From Chiloscyllium plagiosum (taxonomy: Eukaryota): 38,145 nt of DNA. The notes under the pieces were generated by a model. The model made no database searches and was not told the origin of the DNA. It saw only the letters and a list, made by a program, of their open reading frames with translations. Each line of letters starts with the position of its first letter. The stretch's first letter is position 1. A program made the translations under genes and the position numbers. The stretch spans positions 87,634 to 125,778 of the forward strand of contig NW_025215360.1 in NCBI RefSeq assembly GCF_004010195.1, given 5' to 3'. Positions 23,051 to 34,234 of this stretch are shown in pieces.

Positions 23051-23729
23051 CTAACAGTTCGCAGCAGCTGCTTCTCTCCGCGACGCGTAAGCAGAATCGC
23101 TCTGTGTTTCTCCGAAACTGGGCGGAAACAGGGCGTTGAGCGCTTGACTGTTCTCATTTAGAAGCCTGCCCTTTGGAGACGCAACCACGAGGAAGCTCGG
23201 TTGTTAATGCAGAACGTATTTCAGCCTGCTCACCACTTTGTCAGATCTTTTCCCCCAAAACACTTACATTTTTGGTCAAGGCTTCTTTCCCCAGCCCGTT
23301 TCAGATCAAACATCCAGAGTCTGAGAGCCAATGTTTGTTTAAAGGATGAGACTGGCTACGGAATATAACCTGCAATAAAATGGGGTGGGGGTGGGGGTGG
23401 GGGTGGAATAATTGGATAGAGAATCGCTCTAAACATTCATACAGCGCACGAAGTCTCCTAAACTACAGTTATGACCTTATGACTGAGAGTAGCTGATAAC
23501 ACTTATAAAGTTCCTCCCTAGAGATAGCAGGGGAGTCCTAGAGTTAGATTAAAAAGTACACAAATCGTCAATTGTCTGCAAATAATGTTTTCATCCATTG
23601 CATGGTTTGAAATATTCCATACCCCGTCAGTCTGAGCCATCTTGGCCATGAGGTACAAGAGGTTACATTCCCAGCATCAAGAAAGCTCCGCTCACAGATA
23701 ACAAGGAGGACGGGGGTGGGTCACCTTAC

Positions 23730-24086
23730 CTACCACTCTATTAATCCCCCCTCCCCCAACACAAGTGCCGGCAAAGATTCGCTACAATAAATGAACTGCT
23801 CGTTTGTGCTCCCGCATTGTTTAATGTAGCAATTATTCACAATCAGTTGGAGGTGTTCTTTCATAGCAATTTGTGTCAGCGTGTAGCGACTGCACGACGC
23901 TTTCCTTTGCTGGGATCGGTACTCTGTGTCGAGTTCGGGCTCTTTAATCACTCGCCTCACAGCCTTGAGCTGCTGACCTCTCTCTGTGATGTGTAGTGCA
24001 GTAACTACTGCACAATTTCCATCACCGCTCCCGATATCCTTCTGTTTTACTTGGTTTCTCTCAGAGGCGGTTAATAACACCCCACT
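23730..24086 (-). other. Candidate exon of the minus-strand transcript
   Basis: Acceptor tattttcttcag| at 24087 and donor TAG|GTAAGG at 23729. It coincides with a stop-free frame (116-aa ORF) that has no recognisable homology. Confidence 0.4.
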
Positions 24087-24266
24087 CTGAAGAAAATATC
24101 GCTAACCTCTCGTTTCACATCCTACTTCAGGGAACCGCATCCTTCTTTCAAAATGAACAAGCCTACAAATATGACTAACGTCAGCTGATTTCTGTAATTC
24201 CCCCCCCCCCAAAGGAAACTTCGCTTTTTAAAAAGAGGCAGCAGCCGCAGTTCGCTGCTTTGTTAC

Positions 24267-24650
24267 CTGTTCCTGACAGTAGCATTATCAATAAAAGGTC
24301 GGTTTCAACACTCTTTGTTTCATATCTTAGTTTTTGATGCAAATAAAAGAATCTACATGTCCGGGGGGGGGGGGGTTACATATTTTAATATATGTAAAGT
24401 CACCGCCAGTAATGAAATTGGTGTAAATGGATAGGCATTTCGGGGTTTTTAATTATTCAGTGGGATTAAATCCCTTTTTTTTCGGGAATGTAACTGGCGA
24501 TAGCGGCTGCGCGAAGTGCGCCACCTGTCTCAGTGCTGCTGCCTCTAGCAGAAACGCCAGCAGCAGCAGCAGCCTCAGCGACTTCACAAGACAAAGATGG
24601 CGAAAGCTCCCATCCCCCCCCCCCCCTCTCCACCCCACCCCCCCATCAGC
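24267..24650 (-). other. Candidate first exon (5'UTR-like) of the minus-strand transcript
   Basis: YY1-type CGCCATCTT (24594-24602) near the 5' end, a (CTG)5 repeat, CpG-rich sequence and donor CAG|GTAACA at 24266. The 5' boundary is approximate. Confidence 0.45.
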
Positions 24651-25100
24651 GAGTGCCACTTCCTCGACCCGACCGCTTCACTGCGATACGTATACAGCGC
24701 CAATCTCAAGCTTATTATCAAGATCGAAACGCCTGCTTCCAAACGGACGCAGGAAACAAGCAATGGAAGGCACTCGACAAGAGCGATACAACACGCTGCA
24801 ACAGCTTAAAAACAAAACATTGAAAGCCCCTTCGCTTTCTTTCTTGAAGGACGCATGATGTTCAGGTTGCATACACGAACAAAGAACAATAAATGTACTG
24901 CGAAAGGCGCTTGGTGTGCGGGGGCGGGGAGGACGAGACTCAACAGAGTATCGCTATTTCATTGCAAAACGAGGTACAAGAAAAGTACATCTGAACTGCA
25001 CAGAACTCCGACCGCAGCTGGAGCAGCACATTTTGAAATAAAAAAATCAGCTGCACGTTTGTCAAAGAGCGTCGATTGGGTTCATATACCACCGAAACGT
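24500..25100 (-). promoter_or_regulatory. CpG-rich promoter-like region
   Basis: GC box ggggcgggg at ~24920, CCAAT on the minus strand at ~25075, YY1 motif and high CpG, lying next to the boundary with TE-dense DNA. Confidence 0.55.
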
Positions 25101-26311
25101 GAAAATGTTTCTTGACCATGAGGAGTATTGGCTTTTACTGCATACACAGATGCTGTAACCCAGAGCTTCAATGTCATTGCATTCGCTTGTAACGCACCCA
25201 AACGGCGGATTACAATTTCCGACCAGATACAAACGCAAGCTGTGAATCAGTGTGACTCTGGTGCGAATTTAAACCAAATTCAAATTAAAATTCAGAGTGG
25301 AACTTTATCAGAGTGGAACTCCAGCCGAGTACGGAGCTGCATTCGCCATTTGGAAAACTTACAAGAAAGTTTTAAATTAAAATCAGCAAGATAACTCAAA
25401 TAGTAACCCCCTTACTTACACACTCTCTCTCTGCGAAGTAACAAAACACTCTTTTAGTATCGTGTTACAAAAGCTTATTAGGATCCTGCCCCCACTACGG
25501 CGACCTTTAAAATACAAGCCATCGAACAACACACTACTTAACTCTGTTCAGACAAATTCTAGAAAGTTAATGTCACAAACAGAATACATTATAACCTCTA
25601 AATACGAAATATCTCAATGTGATGCAGAAAATTTGGGGCAAATATTTATTTATATTTTACGCAAGTGGAAATAAAAATGCATCCACGATTACCAGCTTTT
25701 CTTCTGGCAACACTGCCTAATCTCAGTTTGTCTTTAGTTTGTGTACATCTCACCGTTTCCACCCGAAAATACTGGAATGAGGAGACCATTTAAACTCCCC
25801 TAAACGGAAAAGATTTATTCCAACTCAGCACTGATTTATGGACGCCACAATGGAAATATAAAATAATTAAAAGGAAATTAAACGTAGTTAGTAGCGAGGA
25901 AGAAGGAAAACCAAATGTTAAGACTCAAACTAACTAATCAAAAGAAGGAGGCAAAGAATCAGAGTTCCCACTCCAGCAGAGTAGGAGTGTATGGATGAGG
26001 GTTAAGGATAGGATTAGGCCGTGGGTCCTTTTGTTCATAGTACAGTACATGCCATTACTCACGCAATGTCCATTCTTCACACAACAATACGCTGCTGTGA
26101 GAGGCTCTGGAACAGTATCCCAAACAAAAATCAACACTTTCCAAAGAAGGCTAGGAGATCACTGGCATGGAAAAGTACTGCCAATGTATTGGAAGTGTAA
26201 ATAATTTCCCCCAGCAGTACATTTGGTACACCAGTTTGCATCTGTTCAGCATTCAATAATGAAAAGACAATAGTGGGAAAAATGGACTGTTGATTTCCCC
26301 GAGAATCTTGC

Positions 26312-27618
26312 AGGGTAGAGTTGTACAGAGGAAACAGACCCTTTAGCCCAACTCATCCATGCTGACCAGATAATTTAATCTAGTCCCATTTGTCAGCATT
26401 TGGCCCATATCTCACTAAACCCCTCTATTCATATACCCATCCAGATGCCTTTTAACTGTTGTGGTTGTACCAGCCTCCACCACTTCCTCTGGCAGCTCAT
26501 TCCACATGCGCAGCACCCTCTGCATGAAGAAGTTGCTCCTTAAGTCCCTTTTAAATCTTTCCCCACTCACCTTAAACCTATGCCCTCTAGTTTTGCACTC
26601 ACTTACCTTGGGAAAATGACCTAGACTATTTACCCTATCCATGCTCTCCATGATCTTATAAACTTCTATAAGGTCACCTCTAAGCCTCTGACAGTCCAAG
26701 GAAAACAGACCTAGCTTATTCAGCCTCTCACTATAGCTCAAACCCTCCAAACCTGGCAACATTCTTGAAAATCTTTTCAGAACCATTTCAAGTTTAACAA
26801 CACTTTTCCTATGGCAGGGAGACCAGAATTGAAAGCAATATTCCAAAAATGTCCAAATCAATGTCCTGCACAGCTGCAACACGATCTCCTACAAACCTCT
26901 TGGGTACACCTGATCAAGTCCTGGGGACTTACCCACCTTTATGTATTTTCAGTCATCCAGCACCTCCTCCTCTGTAATGTGGACACTTTTCAAGATATCA
27001 CTATTTATTTCCTCATTTTCTCTAGTTTCCATATCATTCTCCACAGTGAACACTGATGCAACATACTCATTTAGTATTTCATCCATCTCCTGCAGGCAGC
27101 CGTCTTGAACTTTAAGGGCCCGATTCTCTCCCTAGTTACCCTTTTGTCCTTAATACATTAGTAAAACCCTTTGGATTTCCTTAACGCTATTTGCCAAAGC
27201 TATCTCATTCCCTTTTTGGCCCTCCTGATATCCCTCTTGCCCTACTCCTACTGCCATTATACTCCTCTCGGGATTCACTCAGTCCCTGCTGTCTATACTT
27301 GACATATCTTTCTTTCTTTTTCTTGACCAAAACCTCAATTTCTCTCGTCATCCAGCATTCCCTCCACCTACCAGCCTTGCCCTTCACCCTAACAGGAGCA
27401 TACTGTCTCTGGACTCCTGTTATCTTATTTCTGAACATTTCCCACTTTTCAGCCATCCCTTGACCTGTGAATATCCATGCCCAATCAACTTTTGAAAGTT
27501 CTTGCCTAATGTCATCAAATTGGCCTTCCTCTAATTTAGAACTTTAACTTTTAGATCAGGTTATCTTTTTCCATAACTATTTTAAAACCAATAGAATTAT
27601 GATCACATGCCCCAAGTG
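26312..27618 (-). mobile_element. CR1 LINE fragment with internal deletion of the RT core
   Basis: Minus strand: endonuclease end (DHNSIGFKIVMEKD), linker (KWEMFRNKITGVQRQYAP), KVGKSPGLDQVYPR, then a direct jump at ~26890 to the ORF2 C-terminus (LEYCFQFWSP...RLRGDLIEVYKIM...WNELP) and 3' UTR. Confidence 0.92.
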
Positions 27619-27944
27619 TTAGTAAACAAAAGTCGAAACGGAATTTATTTCAAACCTCTGTCACAACTGAAACAAGAAAGAGTGGATTTAGTCGGGTAGT
27701 TTATTGTTCCCCATTGCATGCTGCTCAAAAACAACTCTAATGATTCATTTTAAACATAAACCTCTCAAATTATATTTTAAATATTCTAAATGTTCAAATG
27801 GAACCAAAGTGGCTAAAACAATTCAGCCTCTCACTATACCTACACTGAGTTATTCACTTGTGACATTCTTGTTTGCATCTTTGATAGTTCACTGATGTTC
27901 ACTTGGAGTTGCAGAACATTTTTAATTGTTCATATTATGTGGTG

Positions 27945-28000
27945 CCATTAACTGGGCCAACATTTATTGCCCTTCCCTAGTTGTCCTCAACTAGTTAACT
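27945..28000 (-). mobile_element. L2-type 3' tail fragment
   Basis: ggccaacatttattgcccttccctagttgtcct is the reverse complement of the L2 tail ...actagggaagggcaataaatgttggcc. Confidence 0.55.
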
Positions 28001-28124
28001 GGGCCCCATTTGCTTGACTTTAGCAATCAGCAGTATTCTTTCATATATAATTAATGAAAACATTCACCATCTTAAATAATTATTCCTTCTGGGTACCCAG
28101 TGGCAGTATTGTGTACCACTTATA

Positions 28125-28465
28125 AAATGCACCACATCAAGTATCATGACTCCTTCAAAGCACCTTCCTATTCCAAATCTGCAACATCCACCTCCTGGAA
28201 GATCCAGGGCTGCAGGTGCATCAAAACAACACCACTTGCCAATTTCCCTCATGTTACATACCATCCAGAATAGGAACAATCTTGTCACTCCTTCACTGTC
28301 ATCTGACCAAAAAAACATCCCACCAACACTATGGGTGTGAACTGCAGTGGATGAAGAAAGCACTGAGCTCCATCTTCACAAGAGCAATTAGGGACAGGCA
28401 AACATCTGAATGCCTTGCCACTTTCCAAGAACAAATGCAAAATAAAAGGATTTTGATTCATTAAA
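28125..28465 (+). mobile_element. L2-clade LINE 3' fragment
   Basis: cttcaaagcaccttcc...gggctgcaggtgcat...ccttcactgtc...gagcaattagggacaggcaa tail. Homologous to 16690-16823. Confidence 0.65.
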
Positions 28466-28519
28466 AAGGTACCTTGCAAAGAGTTTTATTGCAGTTTAAA
28501 ACTGCACAACTCATGGTAT

Positions 28520-29440
28520 CCTGCTCATTGGGATTGGTTAAATGCCTGTAGGTAGAAAGTTGTTAATTTATCAATACACTGATATCTACTTGGAAACCTA
28601 TTATGAGAGATGTCCTACAAGGATTTGCATTTAAACGTTTGCTAATGCATTAATAATCTAGAGTACAAGTGTAGATTTTGCCAAGTTATTGAGAAAGGTT
28701 GGTGTGCAGGGGATGCTGAACTATGCAAAACAGATCTAGATATGTTGGGGGAAAGGGCCCATGTTTAGCAAATTATGCTTAACATTAGAAAATGGCAATG
28801 CTTTGATACAAACAGGTCAAACTAATAAAGATATGTACAGTCTAAAAAAAGGAACAAGCTTAAAACTGGTGCTCCATGGAAAAAAATGATTGTTGTATCA
28901 TACCACTGTATAAAGATTCACAGTCAACACTGTGATGCTGTAGCAAAACCAAACAGGATCCCAGGTTGCATTCACATTACAATTTATGATAAAACAAAAA
29001 TTTTACCATTTTGTTTTTCTTCAAAACTTAAGGTTAGGCCTTCTCGGATTTGTTCTACCATCAAAGTCTGGAGGATATTCAGACTTTGAAATGAGTTCAA
29101 AGGAGGGCAGAAGATTAATTCCCCTTTTGAAACAGCTTAGTTACCCAGATACGCTCAGACAGCTAGGACTGCAACTTTCAGAAAAGCACAGACCCAAGCA
29201 ATTTAACCAAGGTTTATAAAATAATGAAGGTACTAGATTATGTTTATGTAAACCAATTTACTAACTAGATAGGTGAGGAAAGTCATGCTTACAAATGATG
29301 TACAAGCAGAGCTAAATTTAATCTTCGAGACATTCCTCTTTCCCAACATATATGGTGTACCTGTAGAACAGACTGCTGGCTTTTGTGGTGAACACCAATT
29401 TGATGTCGTCATTCAAACAAAAGTACAGGCCTGTATCTAA
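28520..29440 (+). mobile_element. Ancient, heavily decayed CR1 RT fragment
   Basis: Residual motifs DWL.., WKP...VLQG (PQG motif), AVAKPNRIPGCI, VRP, LSYPDTLRQLGL, VYKIM. Confidence 0.7.
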
Positions 29441-29699
29441 CGGAGATGTAGATCACAACATAGAAAGGTTATATTCCCTCTCATCTTAATAAGGATTGGT
29501 GTGAGCCCCTCATTAATTTCAATCACTTAAAGTGTTCAGAGACGATATTTATAGATTTTTGTTTCCCTAATTGGCTTGGGATTTTATTTACTTTCTCACC
29601 TAATAGATCACATGGGTGACTGAAGTTTCTGTATTATGTAGCACTGTAACTATACAGAGTACAATGGACTCTGTTGTTTGTCATTTTTTACATTCATGC

Positions 29700-30010
29700 A
29701 CATTTTCCTTTTAGAATCTATTATGGATTCTGCCTTCAACATTGTTTCATATTAAACATTCATTCCATGATCTAGTAAAGCCACTGCATTACAAGACAAA
29801 CTTGCTTGACATTTCCCTCCATTTTGTCAGTGAAAAGTTTAAATCTGTAACTTGCAGCTACTCTCTTGCTAACTAGCAAATAATATTTCCTATTCATCTT
29901 ATCAAAATCTTTTAGTAGTAAATTTATCCAGCAGCTTATCTTCAATTTCTATTATACAGCAAAATAATAGTCTGCATAATATCACTGATCCTGACCTAAC
30001 CTGTGATGCA
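29700..30010 (-). mobile_element. Very decayed CR1 3' fragment
   Basis: Resembles antisense CR1 3' sequence (attctgccttcaac...cattccatgatcta...tttaaatctgt...tattcatcttatcaaa). Confidence 0.4.
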
Positions 30011-30019
30011 CAAAACTGG

Positions 30020-30745
30020 ACAGATCATCTAAAAACTGACATACAAACAGAATGGCAGAGTATTATTTAAATGGTAATAGATAATTAAACTTTAATCTAC
30101 AAAGATATCTGGGTATTCTTTTTAATTGAGTCACTCAAAGTATGCATGCAGGTGAAGCAAGCTGCTGTTAAGGTAAATGGTATGGTGACTTTCATTGCAA
30201 GAGGGTTGAGTGCAGAAGCAATAGGGTAAGTCTATTTTGGAATTTTACTGAGTCTTGGTGAGACCACACCTGGTGTAGTATGTGTAGTTTTGGTCTCCTT
30301 ACCAAAGGAAATATGTACCTGCTACAGAGGGAATGCAACAACGGCTCTCTAGACTAATTCTTCACATAGCAGGTTTATTGTATGATGAGAAATTAGTTTG
30401 GATGGGCCTGTATTCACTGGAGTTTAGAAGAATGAGAGGGGATTTCATCAAAGTATGTAAAATTCTGACAGGGCTGGACTGAATGCAAGGATAATATTTC
30501 CTTTGGCTGCAGGTGCAGAACAAGGGTTCACATCCTCAGGAAATGCAGCAGGCCATTTTGGACTGCAATGAGAAGTGATTTCATCACTCAGAGGATGATG
30601 AATCTGTGGAATTCTCTACCACAGAAGGTTCAGGTGGTAAAGTCACTGAATACATTTAAGAACAAAATAGATAGATTCTGGTGTTGAATGGTGAATCAGA
30701 AACAATGGGTTGAATGGCTTATTCCTGCTCCTAGTTTCTATGTTT
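30020..30745 (+). mobile_element. CR1 LINE 3' fragment
   Basis: SLVRPHLV..FWSPY, GLYSLEFRRMRGDFIKVCKILTGLD, FITQRMMNLWNSLPQK, and 3' UTR gaatggcttattcctgctcctagtttctatg. Confidence 0.88.
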
Positions 30746-31575
30746 ATCATCTACTTTATTTCATTTATCAATACAGTATCATTTCCTCAAATGATTCTTT
30801 AAATTTTGTCACACAGTGCAATTTACAAACCTGTGCTAGTAGTCCTGCAGTAATCCATGTCTCTGAGTGAGTATCAAATGTATTCTAAAGTATAAACTCT
30901 GGAAAATGTGCAAGATTGTGGTCAAGACATTTTTACTGATCTCCCTCATCATTTCAGAAAGCATGTCATCAGACTCCAACATCTTTTACAGTTTAAGCTA
31001 TGCTTTTGCTGCAGTGATTATCCTACTTCATTTTGTTAACTAATTGTCATGTACCCTTGGATTTTCATGATCATGTTCTGCTATGAAAATTGAAGTGCAG
31101 TAGTAATTTACTTACTTCTTCACACTCCCATCCTACTTGACATATAACCCACTTTTTGCTATTTCCCATTTTAATCTACCCAAACTTTATCCTACACCCT
31201 TTGACTCATTCTAATATTTTTGCATCATGATATACTTATCTTGATTGTTTTCTATATTCTCTTGTTTTCTACAGCCGCTAATCAAACTATTTTGTCATAC
31301 AAGGTAGTTCTGAAAGCAAACAGTTCTTTCCAGAATCCTCAGTAGGTTCAAATAGGAATGCGATTCTACCAATTGGCCTTAAATATGCCTTCATTCATCA
31401 ACAAGTAAGCTAAATGCCTCGAATATGGGTGAATAAAATATTCTGAACACATTTTCAAATTGTCAGTAATCATATAGAAAAGAAGCTATATCAGAATTAT
31501 CCATAGAATTCTAGAGGTGCACAACTAACATCATGTCCTTGGCTTCTTACAGCCTATTTAGAACGTTTTTAGAAT

Positions 31576-32247
31576 TCAGAATCATTTATTGTCTCTTGTA
31601 TTTTTTTATAAAAGAAATGCAGTGAAAAGTGTTTAAGTCACAAGACCACGGTGCCTATATTAATAACAGAAGGCATAAATAATAACAAAAATTAAACAGA
31701 ATGAAGACAAAGTCCATCATAGCTCAATTATTAGCTCTCGGCTTCGGGAGAAGACTGCTGCAAGACCACCAAGCAGGTTGCAGGAATATCAGGCCGGAAA
31801 CCACCACTGACCAGGCTATCCATACCAGGAATCCCAGGCTCAGGATTCCACAGAAGCTCCCCAAGACCAATCTCGTCGCTGATCACAAAAGTCCCCCAAA
31901 GGATTCCGGGGCCACCAGATGGTGGGCCAAACCACCTCAATGCCAAAGCTGCTGGCAGTCTCCACTGATGTAGCGGCCGATACCAGGTCACCATGCGCAC
32001 TCCTCCACCAGCTGCCTCTCAACACTAATTCCAGAATCCCACTCCAGACACACCAGTTGCCTTGCTATCCTCCAGGTCCTACTCTGGACTCACCAGCCAT
32101 CACTGTGACACGGGTCCTGACAAAGATGCCTTCACCCCACCTTCCACCAAAATAAAAATAAAAGAAGAGAAAAAAAAAAGAAAAGTGACCCAGTGGATGA
32201 GCCTTTGTCGCAGGAGCCCAGACGCTGCCTAATCTGCCACCACCATC
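31576..32247 (-). mobile_element. Non-autonomous LINE-tailed element (~670 bp), possible 7-bp TSD
   Basis: Minus strand starts aagatggtgg (YY1-like) and ends cttttcactgc...gacaataaatgattctgaa. Flanked by ttagaat at 31569-31575 and 32248-32254; GC-richer than the flanks. Confidence 0.55.
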
Positions 32248-33176
32248 TTAGAATGGATCTGTGTCGAGGAGTCTCAGAGCTGTGAACCAAGGAGGAGAGC
32301 AGCTGACACAGATTTATCAGATTTCTTTAAAAAGTAGGTCCAATCATCTTATCAGACCTTGTAACAATGTGATTGTGAAAAATATTTACTTGCTTCAAAT
32401 AAAAAATATTAAGTAAACATCAACACATGCCCAATTACAAGTACTAATTCCAGTTGCAAATCAATTTTGTCTTATGAATACATAGGAGCTCTGGCTACAA
32501 TACTGCAATCTTCCCAAGACACAGCAGAGGTGCTTGTAGACTGGAAAATTCAAATATCATGGCCTTATTCAAGAATAGATTGATGAAAGCAGAGCAGTAG
32601 ATGTCATCTATATGGATTTCAGCAAAGTATTAGACAAGGTTCTGCATGTTAGACTGATTAGTAAGGTTAGATGACATGTAATCCGGGTGAGCCAGCCAAC
32701 AAGACACACAACTGGCTTAAAGGTTAGAGACGGAAGGTGATGGGAGAGGGTTGCTTTTCAGACTGGAGGCCTGTTACCAGCAGTGAGCCATAAGGATCTG
32801 CGCTTGGTTCACTGCTCTTCATCATTTACATAAATTAATTGGATGTGAATATAGGAGGTATGGTTAGAAAGTTCATGGATGACACCAAAATGGGTGGTGT
32901 AGTGGACAGCGAAGAAGGTTACCTCAGCGTTCAGATCAGATGGACCAAGCAGTGGCAGATGGAGTTGGATTTAGATAAATATGAGGTGCTGCATTTGTAA
33001 GGCAAATCAGGACAGGGCTTACATACTTAACGGTAGGACCCTGGGCACTGTTGCCGAACAAAGAGACCTAGGAGTGCATAGCTTCTTTAAGTGGAGTCAC
33101 ATGTACACAAGTTGGTGAAGATGGCATTTGGATTGCCTTCGTTGGTCAGAGAATTGAGTATAGGAGTTGGGATTTC

Positions 33177-33648
33177 ATCAGCAGAGCAGGCTGGAGGCCT
33201 GTACGGAGAGAGGCTGGCCAGCAGACTGGAGGTCCGAGCGGAGCAGGGACAGCCAGTGGTTTGGAGGCCCAAGCGGAATGGGGACGGCCAGTGCCTGGAG
33301 GTCTGAGTGGAGTGGGGACGGCCAGTGCCTAAAGGTCTGAGTGGAGTGGGGACGGCCAGTGCCTGGAAGCCTGAGCAGAATGGGGATGCCCAGTGGGCTG
33401 GAGGCCTGAGCAGAATGGGGATGACCAGTGATGTTGAGGCCTGAGCAGAGTGGGGATGACCAGTAGGCTGGAGGCATGAGCAGAGTGGGGATGACCAGTA
33501 GGCTGGAGGCATGAGCAGAGTGGGGATGACCAGTGGGCTGGAGGCCTGAGCAGAGTGGTGCCAAGCAGGACAACATTGTAAACCTTTCACTGTACTCTGT
33601 ACTTCTGTATTCGAGTGCACGTGACAATGAAGGCTATTCTATTCAATT
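33177..33648 (+). mobile_element. Nested insertion: minisatellite body plus LINE-type 3' tail
   Basis: CR1 sequence stops at ...taggagttgggat and resumes at tgtgctgcggccgtacag. The insert ends ctttcactgtact...cacgtgacaatgaaggctattctattc. Confidence 0.75.
33195..33560 (+). repeat. 34-35 bp minisatellite, about 10 copies
   Basis: Unit ~gcctgagcagagtggggatgaccagtgggctggag; units start at 33301, 33335, 33369, 33404, 33439, 33474, 33509 and 33544, with more diverged copies upstream. Confidence 0.92.
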
Positions 33649-34234
33649 TGTGCTGCGGCCGTACAGAACACTGGTGAGGCCATTTTTAGAATACTGTGTA
33701 CAATTCTGGTTGCCCTTCTATAGGAAAGATGATGTAAACTTGAGGGTGCAGAAAAGGCTTATGAGGATGTTGCCAGGACTGGAGGATCTGAGAAAGAGGC
33801 TGAAAAGGCTGGGACTGTTTTTACCTGGAGGATCAGAGGCTGAAGAGTGACCTACCAAGGTTTATAAAATCATGAGGGGCATGATCAGAGTGAATAGATA
33901 AAGTATTTTTCAAGTGTAGGGAAATCCAAAACTAGATAGCATAGGTTTAAGGTGAGAGGAGAAAGATTTAAAAAGGACTTAAAGGGCAACTTTTTCATGC
34001 AGAGGGTAGTGCATGTATCAAATGAGCTGCCAGAAGAAGTGGTAGAGGCTGGTACAATTGCAACATTGAAAAAGCAACTGGATGGTTATATGAATTGGAA
34101 GGCTTTAGAGGAATATGGGCCAAATGCTGACAAATAGGACTTGGTGAGATTGGGATGTCTGGTCAGTGCAGACACATTGGACCAAAGGAGCAGTTTCCAT
34201 GCTATATGACTCCATGACTAATATTTGTAAGGAT

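Larger units (their letters stand above)
32500..34220 (+). mobile_element. CR1 LINE (RT domain to 3' end), interrupted at ~33177-33648
   Basis: AVDVIYMDFSK, GSALGSLLFIIYIN, KFMDDTK (catalytic DD), YRTLVRPFLEYCVQFW, FFMQRVVHVSNELPEEVVEAG, and 3' tail atgactccatgact. Confidence 0.93.

Noticed and set aside
21194..23054. Multiple overlapping His/Thr/Leu-rich ORFs (up to 198 aa)
   Set aside because: Artefact of the CA-rich low-complexity tract, which lacks stop codons in several frames.
24427..24858. 143-aa ORF and a signal-peptide-like LLLLL stretch on the minus strand
   Set aside because: Arise from (CAG)n and poly-C tracts in a promoter region; short, with no recognisable protein.
33087..33627. 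177-aa and 149-aa repetitive minus-strand ORFs; superficially CRISPR-like periodicity
   Set aside because: Translation of a head-to-tail 34/35-bp minisatellite with no unique spacers, in a eukaryotic context with no cas genes.
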